This document shows positions 35,101 through 48,430 of a stretch of 64,000 nt of DNA, one piece after another (the first letter of the stretch is position 1; every line of letters starts with the position of its first letter). The notes beneath the pieces were generated by a model. The model did no database searches, was not told the DNA's origin, and saw only the letters and a list, made by a program, of their open reading frames with translations. The DNA comes from Macrostomum lignano (lineage: Eukaryota): positions 1,485,500 through 1,549,499 of the forward strand of contig NIVC01000020.1 in assembly GCA_002269645.1 (NCBI GenBank), given 5' to 3'. Both the position numbers and the translations under genes were made by a program.

Positions 35101-38100
35101 CGGCACAACTCAGTTGATTTATCCGTTTCATAAAAATTATAAAGCGTGATAAAAAAAGATTAAAAACTGAAGTCTCTGGGGTTGAATTTGTGACGTAAAT
35201 GCATTTAGATGCATTTCATACCGGCAAACCAAATGATACTAAGCTCGTTTTTCTGGCTATCAATATTATCTGTGCGTCAACGTACTTTGCTTTTTCTTTT
35301 CTCTTTGCTGCATAATTTGCTTAAATTATATATACCGTCAAATCTTTAATTCGCGAAATTCAACAATTTCATAGAAAATGTTTTACGCTCGAAGACAAGG
35401 TACAAGCAAGACATAAGACAACTACGATACACCAGTTAACAAAATATCGTTTAATTCATATTTGTCAAACAGGCTGTCTAGCCTGATCCACTTTATTATT
35501 ACTACTACTGTTACTACTATTACTTAATCGCGTGGATACATGTGACGTGCCGGTTTCAAAACCAGGTCCCCTTCTAAATCTAAATATACTAAATGTCTAA
35601 GATTTGTATGTTTGAATGCTTGTCCATGATCTAAATATACTAAATATACATACTATATGTCATGTGTATTCACTCTAGCAAAAAATGAATTAACTCAGAA
35701 AAAACTTATCAAAATATTACTCTGGAACTCACTATTAACCTTCTCAATTACTCAATGAACTATTTTAAGGCTTGATACGAGTCAAAATGCATTCTTTTAT
35801 ACTATTTTTCCTGGCTAGGCCTAGTTAAGACAAAATAATAATTAGGACTCGAGCTGTCTCGAGGTAAAATATTTTGGAAATTATGAGTAGTTAAACAAAA
35901 CTGTCCTAATTTTGTAAAAAAATTGCCAAGTCCAGCTTCCTAGTGTCACTGTGAGCAGAATGACATTATTTGTATATATAGGTTATTTTGGCTCCATTTT
36001 ATGAGCTTAAATTGATAGGCCCTTATAAGCTTCATGTCTTTCAATACCTACCTACCTATAGGCTTTTTAGGAAGATCAGTTTGTAAAGAAAAAGGTTTGG
36101 TTTGGGTCTTGTTTGAATTTTCAAAATGTTGGGATCGTATGTATACTGTGTAGTAGGATAGCTGTGGTTGCCAATTATTTTCCAAAAATAATAAAGTCAA
36201 TAGCAAGTATAGCAATCAGATTTGAAGTCGAATTGAATAATAATAAGTGAAGTAATTCAATTCAATATGCTAATAACTTGAGCGAGCACTCGAACGATTG
36301 ACTGCAACTGTAACTACTTAGTTGGGCATTTTTATTAACCTCAATGATCTAATGAAGTAGAATACTAGAGTGGATAAACCTAAAGCTCTAATGCTATAAT
36401 TGTATGCTAATGAATGCTATTATTAAGTGTTACGATGCTAAGCTACGTTGTGACTCAGGACCCAGTAGCCCAAGTTGACCATCAAACCATCCTAATGCGA
36501 CACTCTTTCCAATTTTAATATATTTCTTATAAACTAAATAATAACAAAATAAGTAGATAACGTACAAATATACTACTACAATATTACTACTGCAATGGAA
36601 AATAACATAAATACAAATAAAACTAAGAAATTCTAAATAAAGTACAAGATTCAAAATCGAGCTATAATTTCATTACAAGTTCTAGAACCAAAATAATTCT
36701 AGTTCCAGAACCAGAATAATTCCAATTTTAGAACCAGAATAACTCTAATTCCAGAACTAGAATTGATAAGAAAATGAAAAGCTGGAAAAATGATAAACCT
36801 ATTTTATGTTTGCTAGTCTTTACAGACTTTTAATTTTGTCTTTCCTTGACTTTGTTTCTTCTTGGATATGACAAAAAATGGAATTATTATTATAGGCCTA
36901 TACCACTAATAAAAAAATTGATGATTTCAAATCTATTTTACTATTAAAATATGGACATGACAATGGATTGAGAAAATTTCTTGATCCAAATTCCAGAACC
37001 AGAACACAGTTCTGGAACCAATTCTAAAAACAGAATAGGCCTAGGCAATATAAAAAGCTTCGAATCAATTCTGGTTCTAGAATTAGTAATATTAAAAGCC
37101 TATTAGTAATGAAGACTAAAGCCTTTTATATAAGGTTGGAGTGCTAGCATTTACTTTTTGACCAAAATGCAACTTACCAATAAAAGAAACCCTAAATAAA
37201 AATTTATGAAATTTTTTCTATATTAGCAAAAGTAGCTATGGCTATCGTATTAAGGCTAAGTGTCTTAGCATCTAATTAGTACTATAGGCCTATCTGCATT
37301 TTGGATAGGCATTTTTGTAACTTATTTTGCTAGGCCCCTTACTAGCTAGCCAGATTGGCTGGGTATTGCATATGCATGGTAAAGTAAACTAAATTTGTCA
37401 ACTTGACAAATTAGATAGTGACAAGTGTAGTAGCAGCTTTATAGATATATCTTAGCATTTTGTCTAACACATTATATATTGAAAATCTCTGTTGCTTGAG
37501 TCTCTAACCTTAGAGATTGAAGAGCTTTCTTAGGCCCTTTGTATTTTGATTTTAGTCCCTATTGGTTTCTGATCCTATACAAGTGTATAGCCTTGAAAAT
37601 CTCTAATTGCTTGATTTTCTAACAGGCTAAGAACCTCTATATTCATAACTTTCTATAGCTATAATCTGTAGCTATGACAGAATTGTACTCACAAGTATAC
37701 TACCAGGTTAGTTAATTAATGGACTGAGTGACTTAATATAAATATTTAGTAAAAAGGACTAGCAATCTTCGCCCCTGATGGGGGACATCTGGATAGAATC
37801 CCTGGTCTCTACTACAAGCTAGTAACAAAAAGACAGCAAAATAAAGCCTTCACAAAGACAACAGACATTCCCTCTAAAAGAAAACATCCCCAAACAGCAA
37901 GCATCCCCCAGATAGCATGCAACCCCAAATAGCAAGCATCCCCTGGATTAAATAGAGTTGTTATAAATGCAAAATGCGATTCTAATTCATTAAGTGCTGC
38001 AGATACGCTTTAGACGCAACTCAGTGATTCTACAGCGACCCTGGCATGCCTTAGAATAGAAATCTGTGGCCCCAGAGTCGTTTCAGAGTTGCAAACAATA

Positions 38101-38301
38101 ATAAGCCTAAAAAAAATCGACCGCTTGACAAATTTTTGGCCAATGGTACCATAAAGTCTCATATTAGAGTCATTAGAAGTCAACTGTTTCCTATTTTACC
38201 TGTGTTACCTGCACCGGGTATCTAAATTTATCTAAGATATTTGGCATTCCTGTTTGCATCTTGCAGGTGCACCTGAAGGCGGTCACGTGACTCCCGCAGA
38301 G

Positions 38302-41300
38302 ATGGCGCTCTACCTTGTGTGCGGGTCCCGTCACCGCAACGTGTACTCCAGCATGGTCAACGAGAGGCTGAGCAAGCACCTGCCGAAGTCCGGGGAGTCG
38401 CTGCACGCCAGCTACTGCTCAGTGGAGGCCCTTGACGACCGGGGCCTGCAGTTCAGCGGCCTGCTGCTCATTTCCGAGGATGACTCCGCTTTCACGGACA
38501 TTGTCAGCGAGCAGCTTCAGAAGCTCAACCTGACTGTGGCGCCGCTGATCGTGCAGGACACCTGGGAGCAGGGCTGCCTGCCCGGCCTGCTGCTCTTTGA
38601 GTGCCGGGAGGATCCGGCAGAATACGCCAGCCGCCTGCGCGAGAAGAGCTGCAGCATTGTGGGGGCGCACCGGATGGGCTTCTGTCGGCAGCGGAATTCC
38701 CAGATGCAGTTCTACGTGAGTCCGCTGTGTGTGGGATTTGCGAATCTCCCTAGTTGGGATTTTTTACCTCTACTTTTGTATTTTATACCCTCGTTTAATA
38801 AATCTCTGGTTTTGGAATATACAGTAATGCCCGCATTCGAATTTGATTCACAAGTCGGATTTTCGACATCTGCTTAGCTATTTTGGGCCCCCAATTTTAG
38901 GGTTTTAGATTCTCGATTCCAAATTTTAATAAATTCTAACTTTGGGACATTTGGAATTTCTGATCCCATATTTGGGATTTCTGATCCCATACTTGTGATT
39001 TCTGATCCCATATTTGGGATTTCTGATTACATATTTTTGATTTCTGATCCCAGATTTGTGATTTCTGATCCCATATTTGTGATTTCTGATCCTATATTTG
39101 TGATTTCTGATCCCAGATTTGTGATTTCTGATCCCATATTTGTGATTTCTGATCCTATATTTGGGATTTCTGATTACATATTTTTGATTTCTGATCCCAT
39201 ATTTGTGATTTCTGATCCTATATTTGGGATTTCTGATTACATATTTGTGATTTCTGATCCCATATTTGTGATTTCTGATCCCATATTTGTGATTTCTGAT
39301 CCTATATTTGGGATTTCTGATTACATATTTTTGATTTCTGATCCCATATTTGTGATTTCTGATCCTATATTTGGGATTTCTGAATCCAGGTTTGGGATTT
39401 GAACTACATTGCGCAACGTAGATGTGCAGCGTGAAGTAATCAATCATGCATTAATTCTATCCACCCCACCTTGCCCGCAGGTGCTGGTCGTGGTGCTGAC
39501 CGGCGGTCCGCAGGCGCTCAGCTACGTGCGCGAATGCCTGACGCGTTTGATCTGCGCCGACCTGCGCCTGGAGCGGGGGCTGTTCGCCAGGCTGAGCCGG
39601 CCCGGCCTGGCCGACAATCCTCCCTACGTGCCCACCGTGGACAGCCGCTGCCTGAAGACCAGCTTCCTGCTGGTGCGGGGCAGCCATTCCTACGCTGACA
39701 GGGTGCAGAGCAAGTTCAAGACCGCCTTCAGGGTGAGGCTCTCGGGTTGCGTGTTTTGGGATTAGTGTAGCTTTGCATCGGGACTTTCACTGGGACTTCG
39801 AGATCAGAAACATCCTGATTTTTAGATCGATAATTTTTAGTATATGGATCTCTGGATTCCGGGATCATAAATCTCTGGATTTTGGGTTCATAAATCTCTG
39901 GATTTCGGGGTCATAAATTTCTGGATTTCGGAATCATAAATATTCTAAATTTCAAGATCAAAAGTGTCTGGATTTTCTGATAAAAAATCTCTGGATTTCA
40001 GGATCATAAATCTCTGGATTTGTCGATTATCTCAGAATTATTGTTATATTTTCTGGTTTTCGGAACTTTTTGCACTGACTACTAATAGTAGAAGGTTTGA
40101 CGGATGCTAAAAGGCGCGCCGTTCATTCTGCCCTCCAGATGACCTCGAAGACCGACAAATACTTCGCCATCCTGGCCATCCTGGACAAGAGCTCCCCGGC
40201 CTACCGCTCCGACCCGGAAAGGCGCGCCCTCATGGACCAGCTGATGAGCTACAAGAACTGCCGGGTTGACGAGGTCTTCGTCTGCCAGCTGGACTGCAAC
40301 TCCTGCATGGCGCCCGTGACCTATGCTGTCCCGCCTGTGGGCATCACCTGCTCGCCCTACCTCATGCTGGTCACCGACACCTGGGGCCCCAGCAAGGCCG
40401 CCCTGCTCGAAGCCTGCCGCGGGCAGTCATACAGCTGCTTCTTCACCGCCGGCCCGTCTCGCATCGCCGTGATGCACTTTGCCGACGCCGGGGACCGCCA
40501 CTCCACCGCGCTGGCCGTCATCGCGCTTGGCGTGCAGGTTTGTTGCTTTTAGCTTGCTGCATTCCCTTTGCTTTTAGCTTGCTGCATTCCCTTTGCTTTT
40601 AGCTTGCTGCATTCCCTTTGCTTTTAGCTTGCTGCATTCCCTTTGCTTTTAGCTTGCTGCATTCCCTTTGCTTTTAGCTTGCTGCATTCCCTTTGCTTTT
40701 AGCTTGCTGCATTCCCTTTGCTTTTAGCTTGCTGCATTCCCTTTGCTTTTAGCTTGCTGCATTCCCTTTGCTTTTGGCTTGCTGCTTTGTCTTTGCTTCA
40801 AGCTTGCTGCTTTTAGCTTTCTGCTTTTTTGCTTAGGGTTTGCGGTTGGGTTTGCTGCCATAAGTTTTTTGGGTTGCTGCTTTGTGTCTCTGGTATTATT
40901 CAATATCTCCACATGACGCATGTACGGCATCCACAACCGGCTGAGTTGCGCCAACAATCGACAAACCCTCATCCAGGTGTACGCCGCCTTCATCAACGAC
41001 TGGATCGTACACGTGGAGACCGTGCCCCACGGCCCGCTGCGAGACACGCAGTTCCTGCAGCTGGTCCGGCCCGACCTGCGCAGCCTCGTCCTTCACGGCC
41101 CGCCGCCGCCTTCTATGCGCTCTCCGACGTCGCTTCTGCCGACTCCGCCCTGTCAGTCGTCGTTGCCAGCACCGTTGCAGCACTCATTGAAACCAGATGT
41201 GGCCGCCTCAGCCTCCACTGCCGACTCCGCCGAGGCTGAGGTGCCTTCAACATCCGCTGAAGAGCTCGAAGCCGAGCCCGCCGATGACTCGCTCACCGGC

Positions 41301-44300
41301 TGGGACACTGACCTGGATGCCGGCTCGCCAATGAGCATCGAATCTGACGGCGAGGAGGTCGCTCTGGAGGCGGCCGTTGGCGTCGGGGAGGCGCCGGAAC
41401 CGGGGCTGGTGATCGGCGGTGGCTTTCCCCGCGGCCCGAGAACGCCGTCTGAGTCTTCGGCTGATGATCAGGCAGGTTGCGGGGGACGGTGCAGGGGTAT
41501 CCCTGTTGAAATTTGCTTCTTTTAATTAAGTATATTTTATCAGTTTGAACAAGAAAATACACAAGATGAAAAATTGAGCAGTTTGGGGGGCACTTAAAGT
41601 ATTAGCGTATTTGCGATATGAACTAACAACCATAGATATATCGGTACGATACTGTATTGGATATTTATTGAACTTTCTAGAAAGGGATACGCACAGCTAT
41701 TTGCATTAACAATATTAATCAATATTATGTATCTGACAATTACTATATAAAGTACTAAAAGTACGAGCTATATACTATAAACAACAATCCCACTTAATTG
41801 TCAGAAATTTATCATTGGAAGATTTAAGTTAATCGCGGTAGATTACTCAGAAGTCTCTGATATTAAAAATGGATGACAATGACATTAGTTACTTCAGTTA
41901 CTCCAGTTACTTCAATTCATATCCATACACTTAATACCAAGCATTGATCGCAGATTTTCAAACTGATGCCTGGGAATTGGCTTTGTTAGAATGTCCGCCA
42001 GCATTTCCTTTGTCGGACAGTATTCCAGTTTCACAGTACCAGCTTGAATAGCATCTCGAATAAAATGATAGCGGATGTCAATATGCTTTGTCCGCTTGTG
42101 TCGAATCGGATATTTTGACATTGCAATGGCTCCTTGATTGTCTTCCTTAATTACAGTTGACCCAGTGACATTGGCACCTAAATCGCTTACAAGTCTACGA
42201 AGCCATATTGCCTCCTGTGTCGCAGACGCAAGGGCCATGTACTCAGCTTCTGTCGTTGACAACGCCACCGTGGTTTGCTTTTGACTTAACCATGTTACTA
42301 CTACTCCACCGGCCATAATGAAGACACTTCCAGTGACTGAGCGTCTGCTATCCAAGTCCGACGCCCAATCAGCGTCTGAGTAGCCAATGATCTCGTTACT
42401 TCCAGACTTCTCATATTTCAGAACGACGTCCGATGAGCCTTTCAGGTATGGAAGAATTCTCTTGGCAGCGGTGAGATGAGCCTCAGTTGGTTTGGAACTG
42501 AATTTCGATACTGCTCCCACTGCTTGAGCAATGTCTGACCGTGTAGCGATCGCTGCGTACAATAGGCTGCCTACAATTGATTGGTAGGCCTTTGGATCCA
42601 CGAATTTGCTGTAGCCATCGGTTTCAACGAGCTTGACGCTTGAATCCATTGGAGTTGTGGCTGGGTTTGCTCCCAACATTTTAAACTTCTTCAGTAGTTG
42701 CATAATGTATTGCTTCTGATGAAGTTGAAGAAATCGTCTCTCTGAGTCAATCACTATTGTCACTCCTAAACAGTAATGAAGCTCTCCCATATCTTTCATC
42801 TTGAATCGTCGAGTGAATTCCTCCTTGATACTCTGCATTTCATCCATAGTATCAGTAGCCATCACCAAGTCGTCAACATAAACCGCAATGATTGACATGT
42901 TTCCAAGTTTGCGAGTGAACACACATGGGTCTGCTCCACTTTCCTTGAATCCAATCGAGATTAGGTAATCACAGAGGGCCTTGTTCCAACACCGGGGTGA
43001 TTGCTTTAGACCATATAGCGATCTTTTCAGCTTGCAGACTAAATTCTCTTCGTCGCATTTAACGTATCCGGGTGGTTGATCCATGAAGATTTCTTCTGTT
43101 AAATGTCCGTTTAGAAATGCAGTGACCACATCCATTTGATGAATGTGCATTTCTCGTTGAGTTGCGAATGCCAGTATAGTACGGATTGATGAGAATCTTA
43201 CCACAGGAGAAAACGTCTCGTCATAATCCACTCCAGGTTGTTGAGAATACCCTTTGGCAACCAGGCGTCCTTTGAATCGTTCAATGTTTCCGCAGCTGTC
43301 ATGCTTCACTTTGAATACCCACTTGCAGCCAACAGTCTTTCGTCCTTCTGGAAGAGAAACTAATTCCCACGTATCATTTTCTATCAGAGAGTTGTATTCC
43401 GAGTCTGTTGCTTCTTTCCATTGTCACAACTCCAAGCCTCGTCAATCGATCTGGGTTCCAAAATCTCCATGGCTCGAAAAGCACGATGTTGTAACTCTGT
43501 TGTACTTAGGCTAGCTACTTCGAAATTCTCATTGTATTGAAAACGCTCTGGGATTTTCCTTTGTCGCGTGGTCGTTGGCAGAATTTGTTGGATTTCAGTT
43601 TCAATTTCTTCATTCAGAGTTGTTCGGCTGTTGTGCTCGTCGAGGTTCACTTCCATATGTGAATTTATCTTTTCATTGTTCTGCTGGAAATCATTCAACT
43701 TTCCGAAGTCTCCCTCATTGAAGATGACATCGTAACGAACAACTGTTTTCCTAGTTCTTTCGTCAAACAATCTGTAGCCCTTTTGATTGTCACTGTAGCC
43801 AACGAACCTAAGCTTGGTAGTCTTCTTATCAAGTTTTTGTCTCTCTAATGTAGGAATGTGAGCATAAGCTACACAGCCAAACGTTCGAAGGTGTGAGATG
43901 TTTGGCTTTCGTCCACACCATCTTTCGTAGGGTGTCATCATTGGCGCTACCGAGTTCGTCGGGACTCTGTTTCGGATATACGCGGCTGTGTTGATGGCTT
44001 CTGCCCAATAAACATTGCTAAGACCAGCATGAGTTATCATTGTTCTAGCAGATTCGATGAGAGTACGGTTCATTCTTTCAGCAACACCGTTCTGTTCTGG
44101 TGTGTGGGCAACCGAAATTTCGTGTCGAATTCCTTTTGCAAGTAAAAACGCAGAAAATTCCTTGGACATGTACTCTCCTCCACCATCAGTTCGGAGAACT
44201 TTTATTGTTTTTTCAGTCTCATTAGTCACCTGCGCTTCGAATTCCTTAAACTTCTGGAAGACTTCAGACTTAGTCTTCAGAAAATAGACCTTCACAATGC

Positions 44301-46999
44301 GAGAGAAGTCATCGATGAAAGTCGCAAAAAATCGATTCCTGCCAAACGACTGCGTCTGCATTGGTCCACAAATGTCACTGTGCACAAGTTGCAGTACTTC
44401 TGATGAGCGAATTTCTCCCACTGATTTGTGATTCTTTCGATGTGCCTTTCCTTCAACGCACGCTTCACAGAAATTCATATCACTCACAATGGAAGTGTCA
44501 GTACCCTCGACGTACCTTTTCTTGAATAGTTGTTCGAGTTGATTTCTGTGGAGATGTCCTAGACGTTGATGCCACAAATTGGCAGTTTTGAGCTCTGACT
44601 TTGTAGTCGTTACTGCAGCTGTAGCTAAGTTGCAATCTACATCACACTCAAGTTGGTACAATCGATCAACTAGTGTTCCAAAGCCTACTAGCTTCCCTGT
44701 TTGGTTTCGAATCCAGCACCTAGTGTGACCAAACTGAATGACATTGTTCTTAAGTGTAGCCGCACGTACACTGAACAGATTGCAGGCTAGTCTAGGTACG
44801 AAAAGTACAGACCCAAGTACTGCGTTAGAACGCTCACCACCAGGGAGTCTCGTGACGATGTCCACTCGTCCAGTTCCGTAAGCTTGAACTGTTCGCCCGT
44901 CTCCGAGACCTACATTTTCCGGTTCATCGAATTCAGTGTAGTCTTTTAGAGCATTCCTTTGACAGGTCATATGTCTTGTCGCACCAGAGTCAATTATCCA
45001 CCGTGCAGTTGTGTCCTGAGGACCAGTTTTTTCAGAGGTAAGAAATGTAGCGGCACTATCGGCTATCTCGTTGTCCAGGTTCGGATTCGAATGACTCGTA
45101 CTTTCTGCAGTTTTAGCTTTATGCAGAGTCGATTTTGAGTTTTGCTGCCTGTTGCTCACGTTGAACCTGCACTCTCTACTGAAGTGTCCTTCCTTGCCAC
45201 ATGTGTAGCACTTAATTGGTCTGCGTCCCTTAAATTTGTCAACACGAAGAGCAGATTCCGAATCACGGGATTCGTATTTCATAGTTTCATTTCTTCATTA
45301 AGCAGTGCTTGTTGAACCGTCAGCAAAGTCAGCTCCTCTTCCTTTCGGGTCTCCAGAGCCGTAACCAGATGACTGTAGCTGTCAGGTAGACTGCTAAGAA
45401 GAATCACAACCTGGTCTTCGTCAGACACAGCAGCATTATGGACGCCAGCTTGTCAGTTAACTCCTTCAGACAGCGAATGTGCTCCTGAACTGGAGTCCCA
45501 TCAGTCATCTGCAGTCTAAATAGTTTTTTCTTCAAAAACAACTTGTTGGCAGTCGAGTCACGTTCGAAATGACCACATAAAATTTGCCACATCTGCCTCG
45601 GATCATCATCGCATGTAGTCACAAGGTAGATGTACTCACTGCTGAGAGACAGAACTATCATTGCTGCTGCTCGCTGTTGCTGTTCCTTGAATTCATTGCG
45701 TCGTGCTTCATTTGCGTCTTGCTGAAGAACATCTTCTCCGGTAGCTATGCCCCAGAGTCTTCTTGCGATTAAGCAATGTTTCATTTGGATTTTCCACGTC
45801 ATCCAATTGTCCTTCGTGAGCTTCTCTATGTGCCATTTTTCTTCGCTTGCAGCCATAGCAACGTAACTGATCGACCGAGCGATCAAGTTTCCAGATGGCA
45901 CGAAGAACCAGATTACCAGAATGATCTAGTACATCGAAGTACTCGCAGTGGCCTCGGCTGGGCTTATAACCTGTTGAAATTTGCTTCTTTTAATTAAGTA
46001 TATTTTATCAGTTTTAACAAGAAAATACACAAGATGAAAAATTGAGCAGTTTGGGGGGCACTTAAAGTATTAGCGTATTTGCGATATGAACTAACAACCA
46101 TAGATATATCGGTACGATACTGTATTGGATATTTATTGAACTTTCTAGAAAGGGATACGCACAGCTATTTGCATTAACAATATTAATCAATATTATGTAT
46201 CTGACAATTACTATATAAAGTACTAAAAGTACGAGCTATATACTATAAACAACGATCCCACCTGCAAGCTCGGGTATCTCATACTGCAAGCCCGAGTATC
46301 TCATACTGCAAGCCCGAGTATCTCATACTCCTAACTCCCCACAACTATTCCACAGCCTTTGCAGCTCGAAGTCGCGGCCGACGAAGCCGCATCGTCCGGG
46401 CCTTCGCCGTCTCCGCAGCCGGCGCCGCAGCCGCAGCAGCTCGACCAGGCAGGCGGCCTGCTGAGCAACGTCTGCCTGAGGTGTTCCCGCTCAGCCAGTC
46501 CGTCTCGCGCTGCGACATCGAGCAGCTGCTGCTGGACCAGCGCTGCCCCAACGACGAGGACTGGCACTACGTGCTGCAGACAGTCGGCAACGCCGGCTTC
46601 CAGCGGCTGCTGCTGTTCGCCGAGGACCCCGGCAGCGACCTCTGCCGCTGCTTCCGCTCGCTCCACTCCGGCGGTGGCGGTAATCGCCGGCTGCCCCCGC
46701 CGCAGGTACATCGCCGCTCCATCTTCCACTCGGAGGCTGGCAGCGTCTGTCCGCTGCCGCTGCGGACCGTCGCCTGCTTTCGGCCGCGCGGGCTCTGGCT
46801 GTGCGAGCTGCGGCCCGGCGAGCTGGCCACCGTGCTCCAGTCCCTGGTTGGCCGCCGCCGACAGGTCTGGGCCGACCGCCGCCGACATTCCGTGCTGATC
46901 TGCTTTGAGCAGCACGAAGATGCGGTCAGCTCGTACCTGCTGGTCTGCGTGCAGTGCACCTACCGTGTCGCCTGCTACCTGTGCTTCGGGATCGACTGA
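38302..46999 (+). CDS. Uncharacterised ~732-aa protein with putative RRM/ferredoxin-like modules; exons 38302-38715, 39481-39732, 40139-40537, 40977-41475, 46365-46999
   Basis: GC-rich coding-like blocks are bounded by GT/AG with compatible phases (0,0,0,1) and give one open frame. The domain call rests on hydrophobic periodicity only. An in-frame alternative acceptor exists at 46356. Confidence 0.7.
38958..39385. repeat. 21-bp minisatellite (GATTTCTGATCCCATATTTGT) in intron 1
   Basis: About 20 tandem units with variants. Confidence 0.95.
39790..40025. repeat. Degenerate ~22-bp array (GGATTTCGGGATCATAAATCTCT) in intron 2
   Basis: Recurring CTCTGGATTT...CATAAA units. Confidence 0.7.
40546..40790. 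repeat. 25-bp minisatellite (CTTTTAGCTTGCTGCATTCCCTTTG) in intron 3, ~9 copies
   Basis: Near-perfect tandem units. Confidence 0.97.
41504..46254 (-). mobile_element. Ty1/copia LTR retrotransposon, full length, frameshifted
   Basis: 283-bp LTRs at 41504-41786 and 45972-46254 (two differences seen), TSD ATCCC and copia-type PBS GGTTATAAGCCCAG. Gag (EKLTKDNWMTW), CCHC, PR (IDSGAT), IN (HSDICGP, RTDGGGEY, NGVAER), RT (YVDD) and RH (YSDADWA) occur in copia order. Confidence 0.95.
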
Positions 47000-47009
47000 C
47001 CTTGACCTA

Positions 47010-47235
47010 TGAGTGACTAGATTGGGTTCGAGTGACTAGTGAGTGACCAGATGGTCGCTGCGAGTGACTAGTGAGTGACCAGATGGTCACTGCGAGTGAC
47101 TAGTGAGTGACCAGATGGTCACTGCGAGTGACTAGTGAGTGACCAGATGGTCACTGCGAGTGACTAGTGAGTGCCTAGATAGTCACTGCGAGTGACTAGT
47201 GAGTGACCAGGTGGTCACTGCGAGTGACTGGTGAG
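47010..47235. repeat. 32-bp minisatellite with an internal palindrome (AGTGACCA-GA-TGGTCACT)
   Basis: About 6-7 units directly after the stop codon at 46999. Confidence 0.92.
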
Positions 47236-47629
47236 AAACCAGACCTCCTCTATGACCTCTGTTTTTTGCTTCCTGTTGATTCAGTTCACATTGCATTGCA
47301 GATTTTGTGTTGCACTTGCTAGTCTATCAGGTATTGTCGGAGTTGTAGTTTAATTCTTTCCTGACATTTCTTTGCTTGAATTTCTCCTGAGCAGAGCTCT
47401 GACGCATTGCATTTTGTCATAATTTTGTCATCATTATTTACTTGAGCTGTTGAATTGCTAGTGGAAAAACTTCTATTCCACCTGGCACTGTTCGACTCTG
47501 TTTTTAACTGCAGGCTTAATACACACACTGCTTCTCAAGCACTGGCTCAACTCAGCCCAGCTGCTCTCTGATGCCTCAACTGCTTCTATGAAAAGATTTA
47601 TCGCTTTTCAATTTCTTTCTCTCTGGCCC

Positions 47630-48128
47630 CCACCAAAACAGGTGACCCCCACCAAAGCAGGTGACCCCACCAAAGCAGGTGACCCCACCAAAGCAGGTGA
47701 CCCCACCAAAGCAGGTGACCCCACCAAAACAGGTGACCCCCACCAAAGCAGGTGACCTCACCAAAGCAGGTGACCTTACCAAAACAGGTGACCCCCACCA
47801 AAGCAGGTGACCCCCACCAAAGCAGGTGACCTCACCAAAACAGGTGACCCTCACCAAAGCAGGTGACCCCCACCAAAGCAGGTGACCTCACCAAAGCAGG
47901 TGACCCCCACCAAAGCAGGTGACCCCACCAAAGCAGGTGACCCCACCAAAGCAGGTGACCCCCACCAAAGCAGGTGACCCCCACCAAAGCAGGTGACCCC
48001 CACCAAAGCAGGTGACCCCCATTAAAGCAGGTGACCCCATCTGAGCAGGTGACCCCATCCGAGCAGGTGACCCCATCTGAGCAGGTGACCCCATCCGAGC
48101 AGGTGACCCCATCCAAGCAGGTGACCCC
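47630..48128. repeat. 18-19-bp minisatellite (CAGGTGACCCC[C]ACCAAAG), ~27 copies
   Basis: Tandem units that change gradually towards the right end. Confidence 0.95.
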
Positions 48129-48430
48129 AACCCAAAAATTATCCACTCTGTTAATCCGGATGTTTTTGGTTAGAAAAGAGAAAGTGAAAAGAAAAGTTTA
48201 TTTGGCTTCCTGAGTTTTCTATCCGGCCCAGAACTCTGGCTGTCACTGGCTGCACAATAAGTGCAGTTTTATTTATATTTAAATCCAAACGCACTGTCAG
48301 CATTACACCGTCTGGCAAGATAATCCCACAGCAGTTTCATCAGCTTTGTGCATTAATTTGGCCTTGTGCGGTGAAAATATGCAAGGATCATTAGATAGGC
48401 ATACAATTACTTAGGGCTCTGTGCTTACCT

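Noticed and set aside
35575-35660. Helitron-like 5' end in the AT-rich island
   Set aside because: Only a vague resemblance, and no matching 3' hairpin-CTRR end was found.
41787-41793. ATCCCAC follows both copia LTRs, suggesting longer LTRs or sequence-specific targeting
   Set aside because: The left occurrence is the polypurine tract and the right is the TSD plus flank. A chance match cannot be excluded from one insertion.
47319-47528. Cys-containing ORF as the missing second lectin exon
   Set aside because: There is no SUEL cysteine pattern or DPC/KYL motif, and no convincing phase-1 acceptor.
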